NCBI GenBank assembly: GCA_964247055.1
Contig: OZ176059.1
Location: forward strand, 3,596,001 to 3,660,000
DNA from: Paragordius varius
Taxonomy: Eukaryota > Animalia > Nematomorpha
Direction: 5' to 3'
Length of the DNA: 64,000 nucleotides
The notes under the pieces are model-generated. The model had not been told where the DNA came from. It searched no databases and was given only the letters and a program-made list of their open reading frames with translations. Shown in pieces: positions 11,950 to 25,400 of this stretch. The stretch's first letter is position 1. Every line of letters begins with the position of its first letter. The position numbers and the translations under genes are program-made.

Positions 11950-12034
11950 CCGAGTTTACAAAGCGTGGTTGTCTTTTAAAAATTATCCCTAATTTTTAGT
12001 TTTGTCCGTAAATTTAACTGTAAATAGATGACTT
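11950..12034 (-). mobile_element. MITE arm in inverted orientation relative to 9061-9100
   Basis: ttttgtccgtaaatttaactgtaaatagatgactt; its reverse complement matches aagtcatctatttacagtaaatacggaaaaac at 9061. Confidence 0.55.
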
Positions 12035-12508
12035 ATAAATATTTATAATTATAATTATGAATAAAAATTATCTGTAAAGTGCATACTACATTTTTTACTA
12101 ATCGAAAATATATTTCAGTTAAAATTAGAGATTATTTAACTTTTTATATGGTATAAATAGTTAAAGAGTAATATCGTTAATCACGTTTACTATTTGTACA
12201 CCCGTTTTTTCTAATAAATTTTTGCCTAAAATAGTATGAGAAATTAATATAATTTTAATCATTTCATAATTATAATAAATTAACAAAAATATATTTTATT
12301 AATAACTTTTTTTGGATAATTTACATAACGAGCATTGTTTTAAAATTTTATCCACTAAAAATTTATCATGTTCCGAAAAAAGTAAAATACTCTAATAAAT
12401 ATTCTTTTTATATAATAAACGTAATATAATTTTTCATTTACATCATATACCGAATTAACCCTCTTTAATATCAGAGATAAATAAAAACTGATCAAATATT
12501 TATTATAT

Positions 12509-12512
<4 letters not shown>

Positions 12513-12544
<32 letters not shown>
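12513..12544. repeat. (AT)16 microsatellite
   Basis: Direct inspection. Confidence 0.95.
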
Positions 12545-12547
<3 letters not shown>

Positions 12548-13720
12548 TATTGTGTTTTTTGGTTGGGTTTGCGAGTGAGAAATCTATTTGCACTTTCAAA
12601 ATATCAAAATATCACTATGTCTTAAACTATAAATAAAGAGCAAAACAATATTTTTGAAAGAATTTAAATCGCTTAATTAAACAGGAAATAAGCTTTTTTA
12701 AACAAACGCACAAACTGAGATTTATTTATGTAAAAAAATAAATGCATTGTTAAAAATTTTGTATAATAATGAACTTAATTTAACGTTAATTTTAGATATG
12801 TGGAAATGTATTTTATTACCTCAGGATTTGATTACACGTTAGATAATTTAGGAAAATATTGTAATATACAATATAGAAGTTTTATAAAAGCAAGCCTATG
12901 TCATTTTCGTAACGCCTTGAAATAGCCTGCAGTAAGCTTTAACAAAAAAATATTTAATTTATCAACAAAGTATGCAATTTTTCAAAAAATAATTTTTTAT
13001 AATGTATTATCTATGATAAATTTCGCAAAATCTCAGCGGATTAACATGAAGTATCAAAGGATAATATTGAAGTGTTTAAACAACCTACCTGAAGTGTATA
13101 AAAACATCCTTAGAGTGCAAATGATATATTTAAATTTGGTTTTGCCATTTAAATAGGTTTAGTATATTTTATTTATATTCTCTTATCTATGAGAAAGTTT
13201 ACAGTAGCATCATGACTAGCTTCTAACATATACGCGGTAATAGGCATATCGTTAAATGTGTAGTATTATATATTTGATAAAATAAAGTTAAATAAAGTTG
13301 TTTGTACTCTATTTAAACAATTATATATTTAATAAATATTTTTAAAGATTTATAACTTCAGAAGGCGAAAAAGGTACTTATTTATCCCCTGAAAGAATAA
13401 ATAGTTAAAGAAATACAGTTAATTTATTTTCCAGACCATATTCATTTGTTATAATAAAATTTTATATCTGATAAGCCATCTAATTAATGTAAAAGGTAAC
13501 TAAACGGCCCTGTTATTAATAAAGAAACATGCATAATGTCCATAAAGTTCTTACGTATTGACATTAGAATAAATTTTTTAGAGAAAATATATTTTTGGTA
13601 TTTTCCGTATTTTTATAACCTTATTATTAACCTTTAAATTTGTTCATCATTAATCAAAAAGTTTTCAGCAAAGCTGGGAAAAAATTTTATGGGAAAATCA
13701 ATTTAGTGACTAAAAATATA

Positions 13721-13956
13721 CAATAAAAATATTATACGGACAAAACGTAAAATATAAAGACAACCTTAATTTATCCTATAAATATTTAATTACAATCGTA
13801 AAATACATAATTAATTGTGTTACCAATATCTCTGTTTGTACTTTGCAATTTAAATAATCAGTTATGTAGGAAAAAAATAAATTTAAAAAAATATGATTGT
13901 CTTTTAGAAAAAAATATTTGTCTCTATATTTTTACGTTATCATCCGATATTTACTC
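13721..13956. mobile_element. MITE-like element, CAGT/ACGGACAAAACG family
   Basis: TA|CAATAAAAATATTATACGGACAAAACGTAAAATATAAAGACAA ... TTGTCTCTATATTTTTACGTTATCATCCGATATTTACTC|TA; 236 bp. Confidence 0.6.
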
Positions 13957-14677
13957 TAATTTTCACTCTTAGGAAAGCGAAAATTTGAGACTTTGCTCTA
14001 TTAAACCTTAAAAATAAGACAATCAGAAATGTAATTTAAACTTAACTTATGAAATTTATCAGATTTGATCATATTATGATGATAATTTGAAAACATATTT
14101 ATATAAATACTTCTTTTAAGCGAAGATCTATTAAAATTATTTTAAGCAATATGAAATTATAAAAGAAACATTACGATTTTCATCTTAATCAGGAAATTTG
14201 GAATCTCACTTTTAAGCATTTAGCATCATCCATAGGTAACGATTACTAAATAAATTATTATTAAATAAAGTCAACATGAAAATTTAGGTATATTTTTCTA
14301 GCAATAAACAACCATGAACCAATGTGTGAACGAATTCACTTTTTCTTTTGAAATTATCGGGCTTTCCCATACCCATTAATCAGATGGCATATTTTAAACC
14401 AGAACTCAATTAAAATATATTTTGACTATACACGGTTAAGAATTTTATTTATCTTGTATTAATTATTGTTATTATTAATTTAATAATATATATTATTACA
14501 CATTTACCGATAATCTTATACCTCATATGTTTTAAATTCTTTTCGTGCTGACTCTTAGCTTTCTCATAAATAAGAATATATAAATTTTTGTCTATTTAGA
14601 ATATTTTATTAACCTATTTAAAAGGGCACAAAATAAATTTAAATATTCCTTGCACTTTTAGATTGTTTTTATACATA

Positions 14678-15818
14678 CCATTTCCCAGTCTAAATAAACG
14701 TTTTCCCAGTCAATCGAAACATTTTCCCAGTCAATCGAAACATTTTCCCAGTCAATAAAAACGTTTTCCAAGTCAATAAAAACGGTTTTATTTTTGATGA
14801 TAAATATCAAAACAAGAATGTAAAATCAACTTTTAACCATTATCAGCGTATATGGAGATAATTTTTAATTAAAAACACAATTATTGAATGACAATTTTTC
14901 CAAGTATAATGTCAGGTTTGTCAATAAAAATACTGTCGGAAAAAATATCTAATGTTTTTGATTTAAAAATATATAATAAAAAGGATATTTGACTAAAAGG
15001 GTGTCCAGCTAAATGCCTTCGCGGGCCGCATTTTTAACTCAAAAAATATACGGTTCCCCATTCGAAATATATAAGGGCATTCACATAATTTTTCGATTAA
15101 TAAGACTATAAAATACAAACACAATATAACAATTTTTTTTAATCATTACCAATTTAATAGATTCATTCATAATAATTGCGTAAGAAATATGAATATTACC
15201 AAGATTTTGTGGGCATATTTTTGCATATGGATTTTCAAATTTTTTGCGGCCAGCACAAAGATAGTCGAAACGCCGCCTTAGGCCCCCGATGAACCGAATG
15301 ATAAATATTATAAAATTAGAGTAAAATTTATGTTTAAGCCAATATGAAGTGTTAAATGACCTTTGAGATAAAAATGGTATATTTTATGAGTTTTATTTTT
15401 TCCTCCGTAACTATAGATTTTTTGAGTTAGCAAATATTAATGCGAACCATCGATAAAATAAAAATTATTATCTTAAAAACATCTCGAATTCCAAAAAAAT
15501 ATACTTTTAAAAAATAAGTCATTAATGATTGTGCAATGAAATATATTTGGAAAAATTGTCATTCAATAATTGTGTTTTTTTGCAAAATTTTATCCTAATA
15601 TTAAGCTAATAATGGTTAAAAGTTGTTTTTCTATTCTTGTAAATGATATTTTATCATAAAAAATAAAACCGTTTTTATTAATTGGGAAAACGTTTTTATT
15701 GATTGGGAAAATGTTTCGATTGACTGGGAAAACGTTTCCATTGACTGGGAAAACGTTTCGATTGACTGGGAAAACGTTTCGATTGACTGGGAAAACGTTT
15801 ATTTAGACTGGGAAATGG
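14678..15818. mobile_element. 1141-bp non-autonomous foldback/TIR element with TA target-site duplication and 21-bp tandem subterminal repeats
   Basis: TA|CCATTTCCCAGTC ... GACTGGGAAATGG|TA. Inverted arms ~14678-14907 and ~15542-15818. Unit TTTTCCCAGTCAATCGAAAC(A/G) occurs 5 times left and 7 times right. No coding capacity. Confidence 0.9.
14997..15290. mobile_element. Degenerate hAT-like MITE nested in the foldback element
   Basis: AAGGGTGTCCAG...GCGGGCCGCA at the left end and TTTGCGGCCAGC...GCCGCCTTAGGCCCC at the right resemble the GGGGTGTCCAA/GCGGGCCGCA signature of hAT (Charlie-like) MITEs. Right terminus not recognisable. Confidence 0.5.
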
Positions 15819-16143
15819 TATAGATTATACTATTATTTATGGAAAAACAGTACTTAATTTATAAATTAAATATTATTTGCCGATATTACATAAAATACTG
15901 TTTTTAAACGTTTTAGCTCGATTATTTAATGAATATATTGCTTAAATATTTATAAGACAGCTTTTTTCAAAAGTATACATTATATATTTGTAAATAATAT
16001 TAATTATTAACTTTTATACAAATAGAGATTGATATACTTAAAATATAAAATATAATTTTGTTTAAAGTAGATGGCGTGCATATATCACCTTTGATTGTCC
16101 AATAACAGTTTGAATATATCACCAATAAAAATATAGACGGACC

Positions 16144-16160
16144 ACACTAGACAATATTTG
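16144..16160 (+). mobile_element. Isolated TIR remnant of the 241-1324/8171 family
   Basis: ACACTAGACAATATTTG versus ACACT(A/G)GACAACAAATT. Confidence 0.3.
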
Positions 16161-16234
16161 TTTCTTGAGTTTATTTGTACACTATATAATATATTTATAA
16201 AAAATTTATTTTAAAACTTAATTAGTGATATGAT

Positions 16235-16448
16235 GTTATATAATATCCAACAAAACATAACTCTATTTTATATATTACAGTAAAATATGTAATTACCCGG
16301 AAGAATTTTTTAACTAACGGACAGAATTTTTTTATAATAGACAGAGTGTTAAAATCAAAAGATTATAATTTTTAATTATCGGACAAATTTTTTTTAACGG
16401 ACAAATTTTCGATTATACGGACAAATTTTTTTTTATACGGACATAAAT
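16235..16448 (+). repeat. Paralog of 1-201; MITE arm with four ACGGACA-type motifs directly abutting the satellite
   Basis: Alignment to 1-201 ends at ggacataaat, immediately before the first satellite monomer. Confidence 0.85.
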
Positions 16449-19400
16449 ATACGTATTGAAGCTCAAATAAAAGACCAATGTTTTTAGTTGTAAAATTATA
16501 TTCAAAAACCTGCATATAGACCCAACAATCAAATAAGAATCATTAACCAAATTAGAACGTATTTAATCAAATTCATTGTGTTAAACATTGCATTATTTAC
16601 GGTTAATTGTTGAATCCAAAAATACTTTTAATATGGATTTTTTAATAAACAATAATGCGACGAGCAAGTATCAATTTAGGATGAATACGTATTGAAGCTC
16701 AAATAAAAGACCAATGTTTTTAGTTGTAAAATTATATTCAAAAACCTGCATATAGACCCAACAATCAACCAAATTAGAACGTATTTAATTAAATTCATTG
16801 TGTTAAACATTGCTTTATTTACGGTTAATTGTTGAATCCAAAAATACTTTTAATATCAATTTTTTAACACACAATAATGCGACGAGCAAGTATCAATTTA
16901 GGATGAATACGTATTGAAGCTCAAATAAAAGACCAATGTTTTTAGTTGTAAAATTATATTCAAAAACCTGCATATAGACCCAACAATCAAATAAGAATCA
17001 TTAACCAAATTAGAACGTATTTAATTAAATTCATTGTGTTAAACATTGCATTATTTACGGTTAATTGTTGAATCCAAAAATACTTTTAATATCAATTTTT
17101 TAACACACAATAATGCGACGAGCAAGTATCACTTTAGGATGAATACGTATTGAAACTCAAATAAAAGTCCAATGTTTTTAGTTGTAAAATTATATTCAAA
17201 ATCCTGCATATAATAATCAATAATGCGACGAGCAAGTATCAATTTAGAATGAATACGTAATGAAACTCAAATAAAAGACCAATGTTTTTAGTTGTAAAAT
17301 TATATTCAAAAACCTGCATATAGACCCAACAATCAAATAAGAATCATTAACCAAATTAGAACGTATTTAATCAAATTCATTGTGTTAAACATTGCATTAT
17401 TTACGGTTAATTGTTGAATCCAAAAATACTTTTAATATCGATTCTTTAACACAAATAATCAATAATGCGACGAGCAAGTATCAATTTAGGATGAATACGT
17501 ATTGAAGCTCAAATAAAAGACCAATGTTTTTAGTTGTAAAATTATATTCAAAAACCTGCATATAGACCCAACAATCAAATAAGAATCATTAACCAAATTA
17601 GAACGTATTTAATCAAATTCATTGTGTTAAACATTGCATTATTTACGGTTAATTGTTGAATCCAAAAATACTTTTAATATGGATTTTTTAACAAACAATA
17701 ATGCGACGAGCAAGTATCAATTTAGGATGAATACGTATTGAAGCTCAAATAAAAGACCAATGTTTTTAGTTGTAAAATTATATTCAAAAACCTGCATATA
17801 GACCCAACAATCAAATAAGAATCATTAACCAAATTAGAACGTATTTAATTAAATTCATTGTGTTAAACATTGCTTTATTTACGGTTAATTGTTGAATCCA
17901 AAAATACTTTTAATATCGATTTTTTAACACACAATAATGCGACGAACAAGTATCAATTTAGGATGAATACGTATTGAAGCTCAAATAAAAGACCAATCTT
18001 TTTAGTTGTAAAATTATATTTAAAATCCTGCATATAGACCCAACAATCAAATAAGAATCATTAACCAAATTTAAACGTTTTTTATTAAATTCATTGTGTT
18101 AAACATTGCATTATTTACGGTTAATTGTTGAATCCAAAAATACTTTTAATATCGATTTTTTAACACTCAATAATGCGACGAGCAAGTATCAATTTAGGAT
18201 GAATACGTATTGAAGCTCAAATAAAAGACCAATGTTTTGAGTTGTAAAATTATATTCAAAAACCTGCATATAGACCCAACAATCAAATAAGAATCATTAA
18301 CCAAATTAGAACGTATTTAATCAAATTCATTGTGTTAAACATTGCATTATTTACGGTTAATTGTTGAATCCAAAAATACTTTTAATATGGATTTTTTAAC
18401 AAACAATAATGCGACGAGCAAGTATCAATTTAGGATGAATACGTATTGAAGCTCAAATAAAAGACCAATGTTTTTAGTTGTAAAATTATATTCAAAAACC
18501 TGCATATAGACCCAACAATCAAATAAGAATCATTAACCAAATTAGAACGTATTTAATTAAATTCATTGTTTTAAACATTGCATTATTTACGGTTAATTGT
18601 TGAATCCAAAAATACTTTTAATATCAATTTTTTAACACAAATAATCAATAATGCGACGAGCAAGTATAAATTTAGGATGAATACGTATTGAAGCTTAAAT
18701 AAAAGACCAATGTTTTTAGTTGTAAAATTATATTCAAAAACCTGCATATAGACCCAACAATCAAATAAGAATCATTAACCAAATTAGAACGTATTTAATC
18801 AAATTCATTGTGTTAAACATTGCATTATTTACGGTTAATTGTTGAATCCAAAAATACTTTTAATATGGATTTTTTAACAAACAATAATGCGACGAGCAAG
18901 TATCAATTTAGGATGAATACGTATTGAAGCTCAAATAAAAGACCAATGTTTTTAGTTGTAAAATTATATTCAAAAACCTGCATATAGACCCAACAATCAA
19001 ATAAGAATCATTAACCAAATTAGAACGTATATAATTAAATTCATTGTGTTAAACATTGCTTTATTTACGGTTAATTGTTGAATCCAAAAATACTTTTAAT
19101 ATCGATTTTTTAACACACAATAATGCGACGATCAAGTATCAATTTAGGATGAATACGTATTGAAGCTCAAATAAAAGACCAATCTTTTTAGTTGTAAAAT
19201 TATATTTAAAATCCTGCATATAGACCCAACAATCAAATAAGAATCATTAACCAAATTTAAACGTTTTTTATTAAATTCATTGTGTTAAACATTGCATTAT
19301 TTACGGTTAATTGTTGAATCCAAAAATACTTTTAATATCGATTTTTTAACACACAATAATGCGACGAGCAAGTATCAATTTAGGATGAATACGTATTGAA

Positions 19401-22400
19401 GCTCAAATAAAAGACCAATGTTTTTAGTTGTAAAATTATATTCAAAAACCTGCATATAGACCCAACAATCAAATAAGAATCATTAACCAAATTAGAACGT
19501 ATTTAATTAAATTCATTGTGTTAAACATTGCATTATTTACGGTTAATTGTTGAATCCAAAAATACTTTTAATATCAATTTTTTAACACACAATAATGCGA
19601 CGAGCAAGTATCACTTTAGGATGAATACGTATTGAAACTCAAATAAAAGTCCAATGTTTTTAGTTGTAAAATTATATTCAAAATCCTGCATATAATAATC
19701 AATAATGCGACGAGCAAGTATCAATTTAGAATGAATACGTAATGAAACTCAAATAAAAGACCAATGTTTTTAGTTGTAAAATTATATTCAAAAACCTGCA
19801 TATAGACCCAACAATCAAATAAGAATCATTAACCAAATTAGAACGTATTTAATCAAATTCATTGTGTTAAACATTGCATTATTTACGGTTAATTGTTGAA
19901 TCCAAAAATACTTTTAATATCGATTTTTTAACACACAATAATGCGACGAACAAGTATCAATTTAGGATGAATACGTATTGAAGCTCAAATAAAAGACCAA
20001 TCTTTTTAGTTGTAAAATTATATTTAAAATCCTGCATATAGACCCAACAATCAAATAAGAATCATTAACCAAATTTAAACGTTTTTTATTAAATTCATTG
20101 TGTTAAACATTGCATTATTTACGGTTAATTGTTGAATCCAAAAATACTTTTAATATCGATTTTTTAACACTCAATAATGCGACGAGCAAGTATCAATTTA
20201 GGATGAATACGTATTGAAGCTCAAATAAAAGACCAATCTTTTTAGTTGTAAAATTATATTTAAAATCCTGCATATAGACCCAACAATCAAATAAGAATCA
20301 TTAACCAAATTTAAACGTTTTTTATTAAATTCATTGTGTTAAACATTGCATTATTTACGGTTAATTGTTGAATCCAAAAATACTTTTAATATCGATTTTT
20401 TAACACACAATAATGCGACGAGCAAGTATCAATTTAGGATGAATACGTATTGAAGCTCAAATAAAAGACCAATGTTTTTAGTTGTAAAATTATATTCAAA
20501 AACCTGCATATAGACCCAACAATCAAATAAGAATCATTAACCAAATTAGAACGTATTTAATTAAATTCATTGTGTTAAACATTGCATTATTTACGGTTAA
20601 TTGTTGAATCCAAAAATACTTTTAATATCAATTTTTTAACACACAATAATGCGACGAGCAAGTATCACTTTAGGATGAATACGTATTGAAACTCAAATAA
20701 AAGTCCAATGTTTTTAGTTGTAAAATTATATTCAAAATCCTGCATATAATAATCAATAATGCGACGAGCAAGTATCAATTTAGAATGAATACGTAATGAA
20801 ACTCAAATAAAAGACCAATGTTTTTAGTTGTAAAATTATATTCAAAAACCTGCATATAGACCCAACAATCAAATAAGAATCATTAACCAAATTAGAACGT
20901 ATTTAATCAAATTCATTGTGTTAAACATTGCATTATTTACGGTTAATTGTTGAATCCAAAAATACTTTTAATATCGATTTTTTAACACACAATAATGCGA
21001 CGAACAAGTATCAATTTAGGATGAATACGTATTGAAGCTCAAATAAAAGACCAATCTTTTTAGTTGTAAAATTATATTTAAAATCCTGCATATAGACCCA
21101 ACAATCAAATAAGAATCATTAACCAAATTTAAACGTTTTTTATTAAATTCATTGTGTTAAACATTGCATTATTTACGGTTAATTGTTGAATCCAAAAATA
21201 CTTTTAATATCGATTTTTTAACACTCAATAATGCGACGAGCAAGTATCAATTTAGGATGAATACGTATTGAAGCTCAAATAAAAGACCAATGTTTTTAGT
21301 TGTAAAATTATATTCAAAAACCTGCATATAGACCCAACCAAATAAGAATCATTAACCAAATTAGAACGTATTTAATCAAATTCATTGTGTTAAACATTGC
21401 ATTATTTACGGTTAATTGTTGAATCCAAAAATACTTTTAATATGGATTTTTTAACAAACAATAATGCGACGAGCAAGTATCAATTTAGGATGAATACGTA
21501 TTGAAGCTCAAATAAAAGACCAATGTTTTTAGTTGTAAAATTATATTCAAAAACCTGCATATAGACCCAACAATCAAATAAGAATCATTAACCAAATTAG
21601 AACGTATTTAATTAAATTCATTGTGTTAAACATTGCTTTATTTACGGTTAATTGTTGAATCCAAAAATACTTTTAATATCGATTTTTTAACACACAATAA
21701 TGCGACGATCAAGTATCAATTTAGGATGAATACGTATTGAAACTCAAATAAAAGTCCAATGTTTTTAGTTGTAAAATTATATTCAAAATCCTGCATATAA
21801 TAATCAATAATGCGACGAGCAAGTATCAATTTAGAATGAATACGTAATGAAACTCAAATAAAAGACCAATGTTTTTAGTTGTAAAATTATATTCAAAAAC
21901 CTGCATATAGACCCAACAATCAAATAAGAATCATTAACCAAATTAGAACGTATTTAATCAAATTCATTGTGTTAAACATTGCATTATTTACGGTTAATTG
22001 TTGAATCCAAAAATACTTTTAATATCGATTCTTTAACACAAATAATCAATAATGCGACGAGCAAGTATCAATTTAGGATGAATACGTATTGAAGCTCAAA
22101 TAAAAGACCAATGTTTTTAGTTGTAAAATTATATTCAAAAACCTGCATATAGACCCAACAATCAAATAAGAATCATTAACCAAATTAGAACGTATTTAAT
22201 TAAATTCATTGTGTTAAATATTGCTTTATTTACGGTTAATTGTTGAATCCAAAAATACTTTTAATATCGATTTTTTAACACTCAATAATGCGACGAGCAA
22301 GTATCAATTTAGGATGAATACGTATTGAAGCTCAAATAAAAGACCAATGTTTTTAGTTGTAAAATTATATTCAAAAACCTGCATATAGACCCAACAATCA

Positions 22401-25400
22401 AATAAGAATCATTAACCAAATTAGAACGTATTTAATTAAATTCATTGTGTTAAATATTGCTTTATTTACGGTTAATTGTTGAATCCAAAAATACTTTTAA
22501 TATCGATTTTTTAACACTCAATAATGCGACGAGCAAGTATCAATTTAGGATGAATACGTATTGAAGCTCAAATAAAAGACCAATGTTTTTAGTTGTAAAA
22601 TTATATTCAAAAACCTGCATATAGACCCAACAATCAAATAAGAATCATTAACCAAATTAGAACGTATTTAATTAAATTCATTGTTTTAAACATTGCATTA
22701 TTTACGGTTAATTGTTGAATCCAAAAATACTTTTAATATCAATTTTTTAACACAAATAATCAATAATGCGACGAGCAAGTATAAATTTAGGATGAATACG
22801 TATTGAAGCTTAAATAAAAGACCAATGTTTTTAGTTGTAAAATTATATTCAAAAACCTGCATATAGACCCAACAATCAAATAAGAATCATTAACCAAATT
22901 AGAACGTATTTAATCAAATTCATTGTGTTAAACATTGCATTATTTACGGTTAATTGTTGAATCCAAAAATACTTTTAATATGGATTTTTTAACAAACAAT
23001 AATGCGACGAGCAAGTATCAATTTAGGATGAATACGTATTGAAGCTCAAATAAAAGACCAATGTTTTTAGTTGTAAAATTATATTCAAAAACCTGCATAT
23101 AGACCCAACAATCAAATAAGAATCATTAACCAAATTAGAACGTATTTAATTAAATTCATTGTGTTAAACATTGCTTTATTTACGGTTAATTGTTGAATCC
23201 AAAAATACTTTTAATATCGATTTTTTAACACACAATAATGCGACGATCAAGTATCAATTTAGGATGAATACGTATTGAAGCTCAAATAAAAGACCAATCT
23301 TTTTAGTTGTAAAATTATATTTAAAATCCTGCATATAGACCCAACAATCAAATAAGAATCATTAACCAAATTTAAACGTTTTTTATTAAATTCATTGTGT
23401 TAAACATTGCATTATTTACGGTTAATTGTTGAATCCAAAAATACTTTTAATATCGATTTTTTAACACACAATAATGCGACGAACAAGTATCAATTTAGGA
23501 TGAATACGTATTGAAGCTCAAATAAAAGACCAATCTTTTTAGTTGTAAAATTATATTTAAAATCCTGCATATAGACCCAACAATCAAATAAGAATCATTA
23601 ACCAAATTTAAACGTTTTTTATTAAATTCATTGTGTTAAACATTGCATTATTTACGGTTAATTGTTGAATCCAAAAATACTTTTAATATCGATTTTTTAA
23701 CACACAATAATGCGACGATCAAGTATCAATTTAGGATGAATACGTATTGAAGCTCAAATAAAAGACCAATCTTTTTAGTTGTAAAATTATATTTAAAATC
23801 CTGCATATAGACCCAACAATCAAATAAGAATCATTAACCAAATTTAAACGTTTTTTATTAAATTCATTGTGTTAAACATTGCATTATTTACGGTTAATTG
23901 TTGAATCCAAAAATACTTTTAATATCGATTTTTTAACACACAATAATGCGACGAGCAAGTATCAATTTAGGATGAATACGTATTGAAGCTCAAATAAAAG
24001 ACCAATGTTTTTAGTTGTAAAATTATATTCAAAAACCTGCATATAGACCCAACAATCAAATAAGAATCATTAACCAAATTAGAACGTATTTAATCAAATT
24101 CATTGTGTTAAACATTGCATTATTTACGGTTAATTGTTGAATCCAAAAATACTTTTAATATCGATTCTTTAACACAAATAATCAATAATGCGACGAGCAA
24201 GTATCAATTCAGGATGAATACGTATTGAAGCTCAAATAAAAGACCAATGTTTTTAGTTGTAAAATTATATTCAAAAACCTGCATATAGACCCAACAATCA
24301 AATAAGAATCATTAACCAAATTAGAACGTATTTAATCAAATTCATTGTGTTAAACATTGCATTATTTACGGTTAATTGTTGAATCCAAAAATACTTTTAA
24401 TATGGATTTTTTAACAAACAATAATGCGACGAGCAAGTATCAATTTAGGATGAATACGTATTGAAGCTCAAATAAAAGACCAATGTTTTTAGTTGTAAAA
24501 TTATATTCAAAAACCTGCATATAGACCCAACAATCAAATAAGAATCATTAACCAAATTAGAACGTATTTAATTAAATTCATTGTGTTAAATATTGCTTTA
24601 TTTACGGTTAATTGTTGAATCCAAAAATACTTTTAATATCGATATTTTAACACACAATAATGCGACGAACAAGTATCAATTTAGGATGAATACGTATTGA
24701 AGCTCAAATAAAAGACCAATGTTTTTAGTTGTAAAATTATATTCAAAAACCTGCATATAGACCCAACAATCAAATAAGAATCATTAACCAAATTAGAACG
24801 TATTTAATCAAATTCATTGTGTTAAACATTGCATTATTTACGGTTAATTGTTGAATCCAAAAATACTTTTAATATGGATTTTTTAACAAACAATAATGCG
24901 ACGAGCAAGTATCAATTTAGGATGAATACGTATTGAAGCTCAAATAAAAGACCAATGTTTTTAGTTGTAAAATTATATTCAAAAACCTGCATATAGACCC
25001 AACAATCCAATAAGAATCATTAACCAAATTAGAACGTATTTTATTAAATTCATTGTGTTAAACATTGCATTATTTACGGTTAATTGTTGAATCCAAAAAT
25101 ACTTTTAATATCGATTCTTTAACACAAATAATCAATAATCCGACGAGCAAGTATCAATTTAGGATGAATACGTGTTTAGCTCAAATAAAAGACCAATGTT
25201 TTTAGTTGTAAAATTATATTCAAAAACCTGCATATAGACCCAACAATCAAATAAGAATCATTAACCAAATTAGAACGTATTTAATCAAATTCATTGTGTT
25301 AAACATTGCATTATTTACGGTTAATTGTTGAATCCAAAAATACTTTTAATATGGATTTTTTAACAAACAATAATGCGACGAGCAAGTATCAATTTAGGAT

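Noticed and set aside
14680-15818. 21-bp repeats as a possible CRISPR array
   Set aside because: The units are directly tandem with no unique spacers, lie in inverted arms of a TIR element, have no cas genes nearby, and the context is eukaryotic.
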